A stretch of 64,000 nt of DNA from assembly GCA_950097015.1 (NCBI GenBank), contig CATNEN010000038.1, forward strand, positions 3,286,001 through 3,350,000. The letters are read 5' to 3'. The notes below the pieces were generated by a model. It did not search any database, had not been told where the DNA came from, and saw only the letters and a list, made by a program, of their open reading frames with translations. Source of the stretch: Macrostomum hystrix. Lineage: Eukaryota; Animalia; Platyhelminthes. Position numbers and translations under genes: made by a program. This document shows positions 63,872 to 64,000 of the stretch, one piece after another (position 1 is the first letter of the stretch; each line of letters begins with the position of its first letter).

Positions 63872-64000
63872 CTGCGGGAGCGGGTCTATCAATCCATCAG
63901 TCTGACAATCAACCTGACAATCTATCAATCTATCAATCTGCCTATCTGTCCGATTACCCTTGGCTGAGACGGAGCCTCCCTCTCCAGTCCGAGTTCCGTT

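Overview
Eukaryotic (metazoan) genomic DNA with GT-AG introns, GC-rich exons, large intronic mini/microsatellites and many DNA transposons. The style suggests an invertebrate, possibly a free-living flatworm such as Macrostomum (inference only). Genes reconstructed by hand: the C-terminus of a type I membrane protein, RPL23A, a divergent CLOCK-like bHLH-PAS gene, EXOSC8/Rrp43, two inverted copies of an unknown ~900-aa five-exon gene, an orphan 336-aa ORF, three tandem GT32/DXD glycosyltransferases and the 3' part of a LIV-1-type ZIP zinc transporter. Mobile elements: an apparently intact Buster/SPIN-like hAT, two deleted mariners, several MITEs with clear TSDs (two nested), a copia 3' end with LTR, and LINE fragments. 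Highlights: (1) a ~17.8-kb palindrome (~21.95-39.7 kb) with gene-carrying, satellite-capped arms and two decayed THAP domains in the spacer; (2) recurrent TA>TAGGCCTA insertion footprints; (3) a minimal type I hammerhead ribozyme in the ZIP intron; (4) patchwork gene conversion among the glycosyltransferases. Most long ORFs in the supplied track are satellite translation artefacts.
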